Source of the DNA: Candidatus Vogelbacteria bacterium
Lineage (GTDB): Bacteria; Patescibacteriota; Minisyncoccia; Phycocordibacterales; XYD1-FULL-46-19
NCBI GenBank assembly: GCA_023267075.1
Contig: JAHFNY010000002.1
Coordinates: forward strand, 1 to 46,411
Reading direction: 5' to 3'
DNA length: 46,411 bases
In this document: positions 1 to 9,957 of the stretch, in pieces
How the letters are laid out: every line of letters begins with the position of its first letter
Numbering within the stretch: the first letter of the stretch is position 1
Notes under the pieces: model-generated
Seen by the model: only the letters and a program-made list of their open reading frames with translations
The model's database searches: none
Told to the model about the DNA's origin: nothing
Program-made: the position numbers and the translations under genes

Positions 1-1440
1 AACGTAAGTGGTCGCGGCGGCCGTAGTACTAACTCGATCGGGGGTAATCGCTTTAATCAATTCTCGATTAGCCAAATACGGTTTTAAGTTAAATCCCAAC
101 AAGGCGGCCAAAGCAAGGAAAATAGCAATCACCCCTAAAGTAGCTTGGTAACCGAGCGATAATTTCTTGGTCCCACCCAAAAGTTTTTCTGACCGTTCAT
201 CCGTAGCCGAGAAATAAGCGAGGAAAGTAAAGAAGACAAGATAACTCCCTAAGTTATCAAACACAAATAAATTGTGAATAAAGTAAGCCGCGAGCATCCC
301 GGTGAACAAACTTTTTTCCCACAGTTCGCGACGCGAGCGCCAGATTAGCCAGAGAGCGGTGCCAAAGAGCGAGAGGTAAGCCAAGAGACCGAAGATCCCG
401 CCAGCAATAAGCCAGTCAATGACCAAATTGTGCGAACGATCAAACCATTGTTCTTGATTCCACAAGCGCGGATCATAGTATTTATTGAAGACAACAGTAT
501 AATTCTCCGGTCCCCAACCGAGGAGCGGCCGAGCCTTAAAACCTTCCCAACCCATTTGCCAAATGACGAAACGGGAAACGGTCGTCCGCTCGGTTAAAGA
601 AATATCGGCAAAGCGGCGCAAGACTTGGCTCTGGCGAACGAGCGGTAAATCACGGACGGCGATAAAACCAATGACCAAAATTAAAATAGCAGCAATAAGA
701 TAACGAGAAATTTTCTTCAGTTTACCCTCCCCCCGCCAAGCTAAGATTAAAGCGGTTAAAAAGGCGCCAGCGATGAGGCCCAAGATTGCCCCCCGGGTGG
801 CCGTGTAATACAAGATAACGGCTTCTAAAATAATTACTACTCCATATAAATACTTCTGCCATTTAATTTTAGTTTTCCGTAACAGCCAAGCGGCAATAAA
901 TAAGTGGAAAACAATGTAAATCGCCAGGTAAGTGGCATTGCCAAAAGTCGCGTCTAAACGGACCCCGCCTTGATTGATAGTGATTAGGCCCAAAAGTTGG
1001 AGCACCCCATAGAGAGAAATCAAAATACTCACTCCTAAAGAAATTTGGAAAAAGCGCTGCCAAAGATTATGAGCGGTAATAACTGAAGTTAGAACCAGGA
1101 AGTAAGCCAGCAAGTGGAAGTGGGTCACCAGTCCTTCCATCCGCTCAAAGTTGGACCAAAATGAGCGCAATGGGTTAACACCCAAAATTGTGGCTAAAGA
1201 TAAAACTGCAACGAAAATTATTGCTGCCCAGAGAATGGGCGAGCGGCGAGGACGATATTTAGGATCAGTAATCGCGAGCACAAGCCAGGCGCCAAAAATT
1301 ATTTCCGTAATAATCCGAAAGAAAAAAGCTTTACCCGTAATGAAGGGAAAGAACAACGAACTGGTAACGATTAAAGGAGTAAACAAAAGAGCGAAGGAAC
1401 CAATGATGGCCACCCACTTAAGGGTTTTATTTAAAGTCAT
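1..1440 (-). CDS. O-antigen ligase/polymerase-like (Wzy_C-type) polytopic membrane protein; 3' end runs off the window
   Basis: Missing from the ORF track because there is no stop inside the window. Reading the minus strand from the ATG at 1440-1438 gives MTLNKTLKWVAIIGSFALLFTPLIVTSSLFFPFITGKAFFFR..., open to base 1 (480 codons). It is multi-TM, with LYYTATRGAILGLIAG and WFDRSHNLVIDWLIAGGIFGL segments typical of the O-antigen ligase family. Track ORFs 869..1063(-) and 1151..1468(+) are other-frame shadows. Confidence 0.7.
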   Translation of the reverse strand, partial: MTLNKTLKWVAIIGSFALLFTPLIVTSSLFFPFITGKAFFFRIITEIIFGAWLVLAITDPKYRPRRSPILWAAIIFVAVLSLATILGVNPLRSFWSNFERMEGLVTHFHLLAYFLVLTSVITAHNLWQRFFQISLGVSILISLYGVLQLLGLITINQGGVRLDATFGNATYLAIYIVFHLFIAAWLLRKTKIKWQKYLYGVVIILEAVILYYTATRGAILGLIAGAFLTALILAWRGEGKLKKISRYLIAAILILVIGFIAVRDLPLVRQSQVLRRFADISLTERTTVSRFVIWQMGWEGFKARPLLGWGPENYTVVFNKYYDPRLWNQEQWFDRSHNLVIDWLIAGGIFGLLAYLSLFGTALWLIWRSRRELWEKSLFTGMLAAYFIHNLFVFDNLGSYLVFFTFLAYFSATDERSEKLLGGTKKLSLGYQATLGVIAIFLALAALLGFNLKPYLANRELIKAITPDRVSTTAAATTYV

Positions 1441-1495
1441 AGGCATGATAACGGTAAATATAGCATAAAAGCTCAAAAATGCTAGGATAAAGGAA

Positions 1496-2749
1496 ATGGA
1501 AAAGTGGCGTAATCTTAGCTATCGCTTGCTCCGCTCGAGTGAGCGTTACTTTAAGACTGATATGGTCTACTTGGTTAAAGGCGGCTTTTGGCTCTCGATT
1601 AGCCAGGTTTTAACTTCTCTCTCTTCCTTGGTCCTGGCTATCGCCTTCGCCAATCTCCTACCGAAAGAAATTTACGGGACTTACAAATATATTTTATCCC
1701 TAGTTAGTGTCCTCGCTATTTTTACTCTCCCGGGGATCGAGACAGCGGTCACCCAAGCCATTGCTCGCAACTTAGATGGCTCGTTTATGACCGGCTTCTG
1801 GACCAAAGTCCGCTGGGGTTTGATTGGTTCAGTTATTAGTTTAATCGCCGGCGGCTATTATTATGTCAATGGCAATTTTGATTTAGGCCTAGCCTTATTC
1901 ATTGCCGCCGTCTTTCTGCCCTTAACTAATGCCTTTGACCTTTATAACTCCATTCTCCAAGGGAAAAAACAATTTAAATTTTATACCTGGTGCAATTCTC
2001 TGACGCAGATTATTACCACCGCCGCTTTAGTTAGTTTCATCATTTTCAATCAGCAAGTGGTTAAGATCGTTCTAGTCTTTTTTCTCGCCAACACGATTGT
2101 TAACTGGTTAATCTTTCTCTTAACTAAGAAAACTTTCCTCACTAATGAAGCGGTTGATCCAGTAACGGTAACCTATGGCAAGCACCTGTCAGTAATTAGC
2201 TTCATCGGTTTAATTGCCGATCAATTAGACCAGATTCTTATCTTCCACTTTCTGGGCGCGGCTGACCTTGCCATTTACGTTTTGGCGGTTGCCCCCACCG
2301 ACCAATTAAAAGGGGTAATAAAGAATATCCCCTTTCTCGCTTTTCCTAAATTGGCTAATCGCCCCCGGGCAGAACTGCGACCCGCAGTCTTACAAAAAGC
2401 GTTGATTCTGGGGGCCAGCATGGCAATAATGGTCTTGGGTTATATTATTGTCGCACCGTGGTTCTTCCAAATCTTTTTCCCCAAATATCTGGCTTCCGTC
2501 CATTATTCTCAAGTTTTAGCTTTATCACTTATCTTTATCACTCCGGCCATTTTCTTGGCCACCTTTTTTGAATCGCAAGTAATGACCAAAGAAATTTACC
2601 ACTACAATATTTCTTATAATCTTATTAGCACTATTCTCTTATTGCCTTTCATTTATTGGCTTGGCTTGTGGGGAGCGATTATCGCTCGCCTCTTAACGCG
2701 AGCGATAACTTTGGGTTACACCCTAATTATTTTTGACCGACAACAATAG
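1496..2749 (+). CDS. Wzx-like polysaccharide/oligosaccharide flippase (MOP superfamily)
   Basis: 417-aa ORF that is hydrophobic throughout, with about 12 TM stretches. The N-terminus YFKTDMVYLVKGGFWLSISQVL resembles polysaccharide-biosynthesis flippases. It sits in the glycan locus. Confidence 0.7.
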   Translation: MEKWRNLSYRLLRSSERYFKTDMVYLVKGGFWLSISQVLTSLSSLVLAIAFANLLPKEIYGTYKYILSLVSVLAIFTLPGIETAVTQAIARNLDGSFMTGFWTKVRWGLIGSVISLIAGGYYYVNGNFDLGLALFIAAVFLPLTNAFDLYNSILQGKKQFKFYTWCNSLTQIITTAALVSFIIFNQQVVKIVLVFFLANTIVNWLIFLLTKKTFLTNEAVDPVTVTYGKHLSVISFIGLIADQLDQILIFHFLGAADLAIYVLAVAPTDQLKGVIKNIPFLAFPKLANRPRAELRPAVLQKALILGASMAIMVLGYIIVAPWFFQIFFPKYLASVHYSQVLALSLIFITPAIFLATFFESQVMTKEIYHYNISYNLISTILLLPFIYWLGLWGAIIARLLTRAITLGYTLIIFDRQQ

Positions 2750-3374
2750 TCTTCTGGCCTAAAATTAAACTTAGCTTTTTTCCCTCAAGGCGCCAGCGCT
2801 TAATATTAGAAAAACGTTTTTCTAACAAGATGTTCCGGGTTCTCACTGTAACCACGGTCAAATAAATCCCTACCGCTTTTTTCAATCCCCAATAAGAAAA
2901 ACGGGAAACATGAGTATAATCATCGGCGAGCGGCCGCCGGCCGCGAAGCCAGTAAATAAAATCATATCCCCGCTTAGCCGGATAATTGGGCGTCTGGAGA
3001 TATAAGTAACCACCAGGCTTAAGCACTCGCTTCACTTCCGCGAGCATTGGCTTAAAGTCTTTAACGTGCTCGATCACATCCAAGGAATAAACAAAATCAA
3101 AAAAATTATCGGTAAACGGCAAGTGAGCCACATCCGCGACTTTAAACTCAATCCCTGGATAATTATGTTGCGCGGTAGTAATCGCTCGTTCAGAGGCATC
3201 AACGCCAAACTTTTCTTGATTGGGGAGACTCCCTAAAAAGGCACTTCGGCCACAACCTAAATCAAGAACTCGACCTTGATTATAGCGGTCAAATAATTCC
3301 CGGTCGGTGTAGGTACCTACCCCAATCCCCACCTCATCATACTCATCCCAAATTTTTACTTTTACCTTGTCCAT
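2727..3374 (-). CDS. class I SAM-dependent methyltransferase
   Basis: 215 aa with SAM motif I VLDLGCGRSAF, followed by DFVYSLDVIEHV and LKPGGYLYLQTPN (Methyltransf_11/23-like). Confidence 0.8.
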   Translation of the reverse strand: MDKVKVKIWDEYDEVGIGVGTYTDRELFDRYNQGRVLDLGCGRSAFLGSLPNQEKFGVDASERAITTAQHNYPGIEFKVADVAHLPFTDNFFDFVYSLDVIEHVKDFKPMLAEVKRVLKPGGYLYLQTPNYPAKRGYDFIYWLRGRRPLADDYTHVSRFSYWGLKKAVGIYLTVVTVRTRNILLEKRFSNIKRWRLEGKKLSLILGQKTIVVGQK

Positions 3375-3442
3375 ACATGACTTTTCATTTGCTAAGTATA
3401 GTATATAATAACCCTGAACTAAACTATCATACTTATAATACT

Positions 3443-4417
3443 ATGGATACAAAAAGGAAAGTCAGTGCCTGTATAATCGCCTATAATATCGAAAATTTTA
3501 TTGCCGATTGTATCGAAGGAGCCCTCTCTCAAAAATTAGACAATCCTTATGAAATAGTGATACAGGAAGATTGTTCGACTGACAGAACAAGAGAAATTGT
3601 TCTCGAATACCAAAGAAAATATCCGGATAAAATCAGGGCAATCTTAAATGAAAAAAATATCGGCCAAGCCGAGAATTTTTTGAGATCTATTGAAGCATGT
3701 GAAGGAGACTATATTGCTTTTTGCGACGGGGATGATGTTTGGACAGACCCATTGAAAATTAAACTCCAGTTAGAAGAAATGGGTAAACATCCTGAATGTG
3801 ACATGTGTTTCCATCCATCAACCATCCAATATATGATCCGAAAAGGAAATAGCCCAATGAAAGCTTACCACGGGGATAGTGTCAAAATATTTGATACAAA
3901 AAAATCCATTCTCGTTGGTGGATCACTTTCTCCCACCTCGTCTTTAGTCTTTCGTAAAAGTGTAATTACCGCATTGAGGAAGTTTACTGTGAAGTACGAC
4001 TTGAGCTTAGGAGGAGACTCTGATGATTTTATAGAAATTTTTGGTTCTCTCCATGGCGGGTTACTTTACCTTCCTAGATGTATGGCGGTTTACCGATTTG
4101 AAGTTCCGGGATCCTGGAGCGATAAAGATAGGAAATTTGAGAATTCAGTCCGTGGTACACGCACCCGGACCTACATGCTCAGTAAATTAAATGAATATCT
4201 TGATTATAAATATTCTAAAGAAATACAATATAAAATTACCTTGACCCATTACACCCTCTGGAGAAGATTTATGAAAGTAGATAAAAAAACATTAGACGAC
4301 TATAAAAAAACCCGAGAAGAAGTCTACTCTTTACCTATTGATAAAAAAATTCTTGCTCGCATACTCTTTAAAAGCCTAAAAAGAAAGCTCAAATCTTTCT
4401 TCTCCCTATTAAAATAA
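3443..4417 (+). CDS. glycosyltransferase family 2 (GT-A fold)
   Basis: Contains VSACIIAYNIENFIADCIEGALSQ and an acidic motif FCDGDDVW. I prefer the ATG at 3443 (MDTKRK) over the track start 3377, whose first 22 codons lie in the AT-rich divergent intergenic region. The gene is visibly AT-rich: line 4201-4260 has 17 G+C of 60. Confidence 0.75.
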   Translation: MDTKRKVSACIIAYNIENFIADCIEGALSQKLDNPYEIVIQEDCSTDRTREIVLEYQRKYPDKIRAILNEKNIGQAENFLRSIEACEGDYIAFCDGDDVWTDPLKIKLQLEEMGKHPECDMCFHPSTIQYMIRKGNSPMKAYHGDSVKIFDTKKSILVGGSLSPTSSLVFRKSVITALRKFTVKYDLSLGGDSDDFIEIFGSLHGGLLYLPRCMAVYRFEVPGSWSDKDRKFENSVRGTRTRTYMLSKLNEYLDYKYSKEIQYKITLTHYTLWRRFMKVDKKTLDDYKKTREEVYSLPIDKKILARILFKSLKRKLKSFFSLLK

Positions 4418-4444
4418 GGCCCCCCGATCCGGAGATGGGGGGCC
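4418..4444 (-). terminator. GC-rich hairpin terminator between convergent genes
   Basis: GGCCCCCC-N11-GGGGGGCC forms a perfect 8-bp stem (4418-4425 / 4437-4444). Read on the minus strand it is followed by TTATTTTAAT, so it fits best as the terminator of the radical-SAM gene. It may also stop the plus-strand GT2 gene. Confidence 0.7.
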
Positions 4445-4451
4445 GAAACAC

Positions 4452-5975
4452 TTACACACTGCTCCGCCGCAGTATGTTTTGACTGAATCCTTGCTGCCCC
4501 ATCGAATGCTCGTAGAGCATTGATGGGGCACTTGGATTGAAAGGGATACCTAGTCTAGCACGCACATCGCGCTCGACATCATTACGAAGTTCTACCAAGT
4601 CATCCGGGGCAAGATAATCCGTGTAGACGAATGAGCTATACCCACCATTGGGATCACCTTTGTAGTAGTCGGCTACCCGGCTATGATCTACATCAATCTG
4701 GTAGAGCTTGTCGCCAGTCTTGCACGTATAAACCCAGATACCAGGCAAAAATTCGTGGGGCACCGCCTCATCAAAATATGGTGTCCCGGGATAACAGGTG
4801 ATAATCGTTATGTCGAAATCATCGGGTCGAACATCGAGAAGCCACTCTCGTGTCTCCTCGACTGTTCCCCGAGTTTCCCCAGGGTGACCAATCGACATAA
4901 GCGCTTTCACCTTTAATCCCACATCATGAGCAAGCGCCACACACCGTGTGTTCTCTTCCTTCGTTGCTTTTTTGTTTATGTTTTTTAGAATTCTTGGTGC
5001 ACCAGCCTCGAATCCAGTGAGAATCCAACGGAAACCAGCGCGGAACATCGCTCTGGCCTGCTCTTTAGAGAAAAGCTCCGACTTAATAAATCCCCGCAGA
5101 CGCCACTCAACTCCCAGGTTCTTTTGGGTCTCAGCAATGAGATCCATAAGCTCCACCATCTTCGGGTTAACATTAAGCTCATCATCATAGAGCATAAATC
5201 CCGTCACCCCGTAGGTATGGTAAAGATGGATCATCTCATCGACCACCTTCTGAGAAGTGCGTGTCCGAATGTTCCGGAGCATAGGCGACGATCGCCCGCC
5301 ACAAAACCCACACTCAAATGGACACCCGAGTTGAGCGATGAGAGAAAGAGCAGAAACGCCATCGATGGTGTAATGATAACTCGGCACGTCGATCAGGTGT
5401 CTCGCCGGCAAAGGCAAGGCATTCAGTCGGTCATTGTTTAAGAACATTGCCGACCGTCTGTCATCCACATCTATAAGTTTGGGTGAGTCTTCTGACAGGG
5501 CCAGAAATATCGCCTCCTCTCCATCACCAGCCACTAGTACGTCGAACACTTCTTCGACTTGAGACATCGCCACATGTCCCCGGCCAAATAGACTACGCTT
5601 AAGTTCATTCTTATAGGCCGCATTAACTAACGTGATGTGCGGACCACCAAGAATAATTTTGGCTGTTGAATTCTTCTGACGGATAGCGGAGACGATCTGA
5701 AGTGCCGCCGGCATTTGAGGAGTTGTTGCCGTAATAGCAAAATGACAAACAGTTTGTGTTTGCACATAATCTATAACCGCCTCCTCAAAATTTCGGAAAC
5801 CCGAGAGATCAAGAACGTCAACTTGAATTCCGGCTTGTTCAAGCACTGCAGCAACTCGTAAAATACCAAGCGACATAAAAACTCTCTCGTCAAGAAGGAA
5901 TGAGGATGGAGGAATAATGAGGCAAACTGGCCCCATCTTCCCCACATGGTTAGATTGGCCAATCTGCATTTCCAT
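4452..5975 (-). CDS. B12-binding-domain radical SAM protein (class B-like)
   Basis: 507 aa. The N-terminal part is cobalamin-binding-like (KIILGGPHITL, VLVAGDGEEAIF). It is followed by the radical-SAM cluster motif CxxxCxxC in LGCPFECGFCGG. G+C is higher than in neighbouring genes: line 5221-5280 has 30 of 60. Confidence 0.85.
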   Translation of the reverse strand: MEMQIGQSNHVGKMGPVCLIIPPSSFLLDERVFMSLGILRVAAVLEQAGIQVDVLDLSGFRNFEEAVIDYVQTQTVCHFAITATTPQMPAALQIVSAIRQKNSTAKIILGGPHITLVNAAYKNELKRSLFGRGHVAMSQVEEVFDVLVAGDGEEAIFLALSEDSPKLIDVDDRRSAMFLNNDRLNALPLPARHLIDVPSYHYTIDGVSALSLIAQLGCPFECGFCGGRSSPMLRNIRTRTSQKVVDEMIHLYHTYGVTGFMLYDDELNVNPKMVELMDLIAETQKNLGVEWRLRGFIKSELFSKEQARAMFRAGFRWILTGFEAGAPRILKNINKKATKEENTRCVALAHDVGLKVKALMSIGHPGETRGTVEETREWLLDVRPDDFDITIITCYPGTPYFDEAVPHEFLPGIWVYTCKTGDKLYQIDVDHSRVADYYKGDPNGGYSSFVYTDYLAPDDLVELRNDVERDVRARLGIPFNPSAPSMLYEHSMGQQGFSQNILRRSSV

Positions 5976-6022
5976 AGTTAAATCCCTTTCATTGTGAGGA
6001 CCAGGTCCAGAAAAAATATACC

Positions 6023-7168
6023 CTAAATGACAATGGAAGTACAGCGCTTCTCGATCTCTTCAAGGATCGACTGCGCCCGTTCACTCCAAGCGTACTTTTG
6101 GACCTCTTGATAGGCCTGATTACTGATTTTATTAGCGAAAGTCTCATCGGCCAAGATTTTCTCTGTTGCTTGAGCAAAAGCGGATGGATCATCCGGCTGG
6201 ACCAAAACGGAGTTAGTCTCATTCAAGGTCTCCCGAATCGATGGCAGGTCGGGCGCCACAATGGGCCGTTTAGCCGCCATATACTCAAACATCTTTAAGG
6301 GTGAGGAATAATGGGAAGAGATTTTTTCTTTAGCAGATTGGGTAATCGCTAAAACGTCAGCCGCTTTCATATAAAGAGGAATAATCTTTCTATCTTGGAA
6401 CGGTCTGATGATAATATTATTTTGTTCTCCATACTTCTTAACAAATTGACTGTATTCCGGCTCAATCCCCCCAACAAATAGAAAGGTAACTTCAGGCAAT
6501 AAATAAGCGGCTTGGGCTAAAGTCTCTACCCCCTTCCAAGAATAAAATTGGCCGCTGTAGAGAACGATTCTTTGATCTATTGGTAAATCAAGTGATTCCC
6601 TGGCTTCAAGCTTAGTCTGACTTAGATCAAAATCTTTTAACTCCACTCCACTGGGCTTAATCTGAATATTATCTTGATCGATACCAAGCTTGATTAATTC
6701 TCTTTTAAGATTGGCATTAAGGACGAAAAATAGTTTCGGCCTTTTAATCAGCCATTTAAATAAGAATCTGGACGTGGGGATATCATGGAGCTCAAGGCAC
6801 AGAAAATAATCCTTAGAAAAAGCTAAAGCCGTGATAAAATCGCGAGTATAGATTATCTCCCCTTTCTTTGGTTTAACTATCATTTTAGCCATAATGAGGA
6901 AAAACAGTAAATCTAACCAGTAGAGCAAACGGCCAAATTTAAAAGTTTTATCTAAGAGATCAAGACTAGGGATCTTTCTGATTACAAAATCTTTCGGTAA
7001 TTGATAAAAATTAAATGGATCTTCTTCTTTAAAATTGCTTTTCCGGCTCGGGACAAAAAGCTCTACCCGAGCCCCAGCCATCGCAAATTCTGAACACATC
7101 TTCATAATCGCGTAGCCTTGGGCCCGAGGAGTAGGAATCCTCACATTGGTTATATATTTTATATTCAT
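6023..7168 (-). CDS. glycosyltransferase family 4 (GT-B fold)
   Basis: Has a C-terminal GT1/GT4 signature region (ITQSAKEKISSHYSSPLKMFEYMAAKRPIVAPDLPSIRE). The ATG at 7168 overlaps the upstream stop as ATGA (7165-7168), which suggests translational coupling. Confidence 0.8.
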   Translation of the reverse strand: MNIKYITNVRIPTPRAQGYAIMKMCSEFAMAGARVELFVPSRKSNFKEEDPFNFYQLPKDFVIRKIPSLDLLDKTFKFGRLLYWLDLLFFLIMAKMIVKPKKGEIIYTRDFITALAFSKDYFLCLELHDIPTSRFLFKWLIKRPKLFFVLNANLKRELIKLGIDQDNIQIKPSGVELKDFDLSQTKLEARESLDLPIDQRIVLYSGQFYSWKGVETLAQAAYLLPEVTFLFVGGIEPEYSQFVKKYGEQNNIIIRPFQDRKIIPLYMKAADVLAITQSAKEKISSHYSSPLKMFEYMAAKRPIVAPDLPSIRETLNETNSVLVQPDDPSAFAQATEKILADETFANKISNQAYQEVQKYAWSERAQSILEEIEKRCTSIVI

Positions 7169-8544
7169 TGATTGAATCGCCAACCTTTACCATAGCGAGA
7201 CCAAATAAAGTGGGCAGCAGAAAAAGCACAAAGCAATAAAAGCGGTTCTACCGGGATACGGTAACGAGCGTGGGCCAAGGGTCCGGTAATAATCGCGAAG
7301 TAAAATATTATCGCCAAAAACATTCTATTTAATCGAAGATCTTTAGACCACCACGCACCAGCCAAGGCAAGAAGAGCGATAATGGCCCAAAAAATATTCT
7401 CTAATAAATCCCAACCGTGATTCTTAATAACTGTCATCAAGATCGATAAAGAAAAGGGATTCAAGGCTTGAATAAGCGAGGGTTCAGGTTGGGGATTAAA
7501 ATCCGGCCTCATATCTTCTGTAAAGCGCCAATACTCGTGAGCCCCACTGGAGGTGAAAAACGGGATGAACGTGCTTAGATGAAAAAGAGCATAGCGGAAG
7601 GGGTGGGCGGCAATCACTTCTAAAGCCACCTTAGTCAAAGCCGGTGCTGATTCAAAATTATTTGGTACCGTCCCGGGCGGCAAACCCGCCATTTTAAGTA
7701 AAGCATTGCGGGAATCAACGGCATTCAAGCCACTGATTGATTGATAAAATTGAGCGGCATTTTGCCGCAATAAGACATTAGAACCCGTAGAAGCGAAAGC
7801 AAACACTCCGAATACTTTTTCATTTCTAATGAACCACGGTAGGACGGAAGAAGCAAAAATTAGGACGATTAAAAACCCAGTGATAATATGTTTCCGAGAA
7901 ATCTCTGTTGGCTTAAGATATAAAAGGAAATAAGCTGGAATAAAAAACAGTAAGATATAAAAAGATGCCTCCCGAACGTATGTTGCCAAGGCGAGTAAGA
8001 AGCCGGTTAAAGCTCCTTTCAGGTAAATATTTTTTTGTTCCGAAAAGAAAAATAGGTATAAAGCAATGATAAAGAAAAAAACAAAAAGATTCTCGGTAGT
8101 AATGGCTGAAGCGGCGAGCATAGTATCAGGCAAAAGAAGATAGACGATAGAAGCCCCTAAAGCCCAGTAAGAAGAGGCGGTCATCTTCTCAACCATCTTA
8201 AAGATCAAAATGACGGTAATAAACAAAGTCAAAATCTGAACAAAAAGAATCGGATAAAAGCTGTTAAAAGCCAAATAAAAAGGTAGAGCAAATAAGGGAT
8301 AACCCGGTGTCCGCCAAGAAGTGGGAGTGAAGGGTGGCTTTTCCGCTAAAGAAAAGACTCTTTGATTGACCAAATTTTCAGTTAAAACCACATTATCATG
8401 AGCAGTACTGGTCAAATTACCCGGATAAGCTTTAGCATTTTCAGTATTAGAATTGTGGGCCACAGTGGTTAAATACCAAATGCTACTACCACTAGTGATT
8501 ATGGTGACGATCAACAATATTAAGTAAATCTTTTTATTAGACAT
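7165..8544 (-). CDS. GT-C fold membrane glycosyltransferase (ArnT/PMT, GT39-like)
   Basis: 459 aa and polytopic, with an RTPGYPLFALPFYL motif in the first loop region as in ArnT/PMT_2 proteins. It lies directly downstream of a Dpm1-like GT2 gene. Confidence 0.6.
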   Translation of the reverse strand: MSNKKIYLILLIVTIITSGSSIWYLTTVAHNSNTENAKAYPGNLTSTAHDNVVLTENLVNQRVFSLAEKPPFTPTSWRTPGYPLFALPFYLAFNSFYPILFVQILTLFITVILIFKMVEKMTASSYWALGASIVYLLLPDTMLAASAITTENLFVFFFIIALYLFFFSEQKNIYLKGALTGFLLALATYVREASFYILLFFIPAYFLLYLKPTEISRKHIITGFLIVLIFASSVLPWFIRNEKVFGVFAFASTGSNVLLRQNAAQFYQSISGLNAVDSRNALLKMAGLPPGTVPNNFESAPALTKVALEVIAAHPFRYALFHLSTFIPFFTSSGAHEYWRFTEDMRPDFNPQPEPSLIQALNPFSLSILMTVIKNHGWDLLENIFWAIIALLALAGAWWSKDLRLNRMFLAIIFYFAIITGPLAHARYRIPVEPLLLLCAFSAAHFIWSRYGKGWRFNQ

Positions 8545-8549
8545 AAAAT

Positions 8550-9233
8550 TTAATCGATAAAACGGTACTTAATCACCGCCCCCAAGATTTTAAATCCATC
8601 CCGCCAATTAATTTTCTTTCCCCCTTTATGATCTCGAGGGTTATAATGAATTGGCACATCAACTGCTTTATATCCCCGCTTCATAACCTTGGCCACTAAC
8701 TCATGTTCATAAGCAAAATCATTGGAACGGACATTAATAGTATCGGCTAATTTTTTAGTAAAAACTTTATACCCTCCCGTATATTCAGCCGAATGGCCAC
8801 CATAGAGAAAATTGCTAAAGAAAGTGATGGTCTTATTGCCCAATTCATAGAAAAGGCCTTGCCCCTCAGCTCTAGCTTTATCGTACGTCCTAACACCTAA
8901 AACGACCTCGCTTGCTCCTGCTAAAATCGGCTGCAGAAGAGCGGGGAAATCCTTTGGATCATACTCTAAATCGGCATCTTGAATAATAAACATTTCTCCG
9001 GTAATCTCTTTTAATCCCCTTTTCACCGCCGCGCCCTTACCGGGAATTGATTCCTTAACTACTTTTATCCCCGGAATGGCACTAGCGATAGAAAAAGTGT
9101 TGTCAGTCGAGTTGTTATCCACTACAATAATCTCGGTCTCAAGAGGACTAACCCCTACCGCTTGCACTCGCTTAACACACTCGGCCAAAGTCCGCTCTTC
9201 ATTAAAAGCTGGTATAATTATCGAAAGTTTCAT
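8550..9233 (-). CDS. GT2 polyprenyl-phosphate glycosyltransferase (Dpm1/GtrB/ArnC-like)
   Basis: Contains [26 protein letters not shown] and [12 protein letters not shown] chose the ATG at 9233 (M15 of the track ORF), just before the conserved N-terminus. Confidence 0.8.
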   Translation of the reverse strand: MKLSIIIPAFNEERTLAECVKRVQAVGVSPLETEIIVVDNNSTDNTFSIASAIPGIKVVKESIPGKGAAVKRGLKEITGEMFIIQDADLEYDPKDFPALLQPILAGASEVVLGVRTYDKARAEGQGLFYELGNKTITFFSNFLYGGHSAEYTGGYKVFTKKLADTINVRSNDFAYEHELVAKVMKRGYKAVDVPIHYNPRDHKGGKKINWRDGFKILGAVIKYRFID

Positions 9234-9249
9234 AATAAGCCCATACATA

Positions 9250-9957
9250 ATGACTGATTTCAAATATGAAGGCAAGGATCTGGAAGCGATGTCTTTTGCC
9301 CATAATTACCACCGCTGGATCTTGAGTAAATTCCAAAAATTCTTAGGCAAACGAGTGGCCGAAGTAGGAGCCGGCTCGGGCAATTTTTCTTTATTAATTT
9401 TGGGCCAACCGATAGAAGAATTGGTCGCAATTGAACCATCGCCAGCAATGTTTTCCCAACATATTCAAAACACCGCTACTGATACTAGAGTTAAAAGACA
9501 CAACGCTTTTTTCCCAGAAATAAGTCCTAAATACCCTGATTATTTTGATTCTATTGTTTACGTTAATGTGATGGAACATGTGGAAAAAGATGCCGAGGAA
9601 TTATCACACGTTCACCAATCTCTTAAAAAGGGTGGCCGGGTGTGCATCTTCGTCCCCGCTTTAGCTTGGCTCTACAGTAATCACGATAAATCGATTGGAC
9701 ATTATCGACGCTATCATAAAAAAGACTTAATTCAATTACTGGAACAAGCGGGTTTTGAAGTCGAACAGATTAACTATTTTGATATCATTGGCATCATCCC
9801 CTGGCTCATTATCTGCAAATTTTTAGGCAAAGAACCAAATACTAGCAATGTTTCCGTCTATGATAGATTGATCGTCCCGATCGGCAAATTTATAGAAAAT
9901 ATAATTCCCCCGCCCATTGGCAAAAATCTGTTAGTGGTTGGCAGGAAAAAAATCTAA
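9250..9957 (+). CDS. class I SAM-dependent methyltransferase
   Basis: Motif [13 protein letters not shown], then [10 protein letters not shown] and [13 protein letters not shown]. The start is taken at ATG 9250 (MTDFKYEG). The first 58 codons of the track ORF are antisense to the neighbouring GT2 gene. Confidence 0.8.
   Translation: MTDFKYEGKDLEAMSFAHNYHRWILSKFQKFLGKRVAEVGAGSGNFSLLILGQPIEELVAIEPSPAMFSQHIQNTATDTRVKRHNAFFPEISPKYPDYFDSIVYVNVMEHVEKDAEELSHVHQSLKKGGRVCIFVPALAWLYSNHDKSIGHYRRYHKKDLIQLLEQAGFEVEQINYFDIIGIIPWLIICKFLGKEPNTSNVSVYDRLIVPIGKFIENIIPPPIGKNLLVVGRKKI

Noticed and set aside
869-1468. Track ORFs 869..1063(-) and 1151..1468(+)
   Set aside because: They are off-frame or antisense shadows of the 480-codon O-antigen-ligase-like reading frame, which runs off the window edge.
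4683-5441. Track ORFs 4683..4916, 4948..5190, 4985..5188 and 5124..5441
   Set aside because: All lie within the radical-SAM gene, on the opposite strand or in other frames. Their composition is low-complexity and Arg/Ser-rich, typical of shadow ORFs.
9076-9249. The N-terminal 58 codons of track ORF 9076..9957
   Set aside because: They are antisense to the conserved N-terminus of the GT2 gene at 8550-9233. The methyltransferase domain begins right after the internal ATG at 9250.
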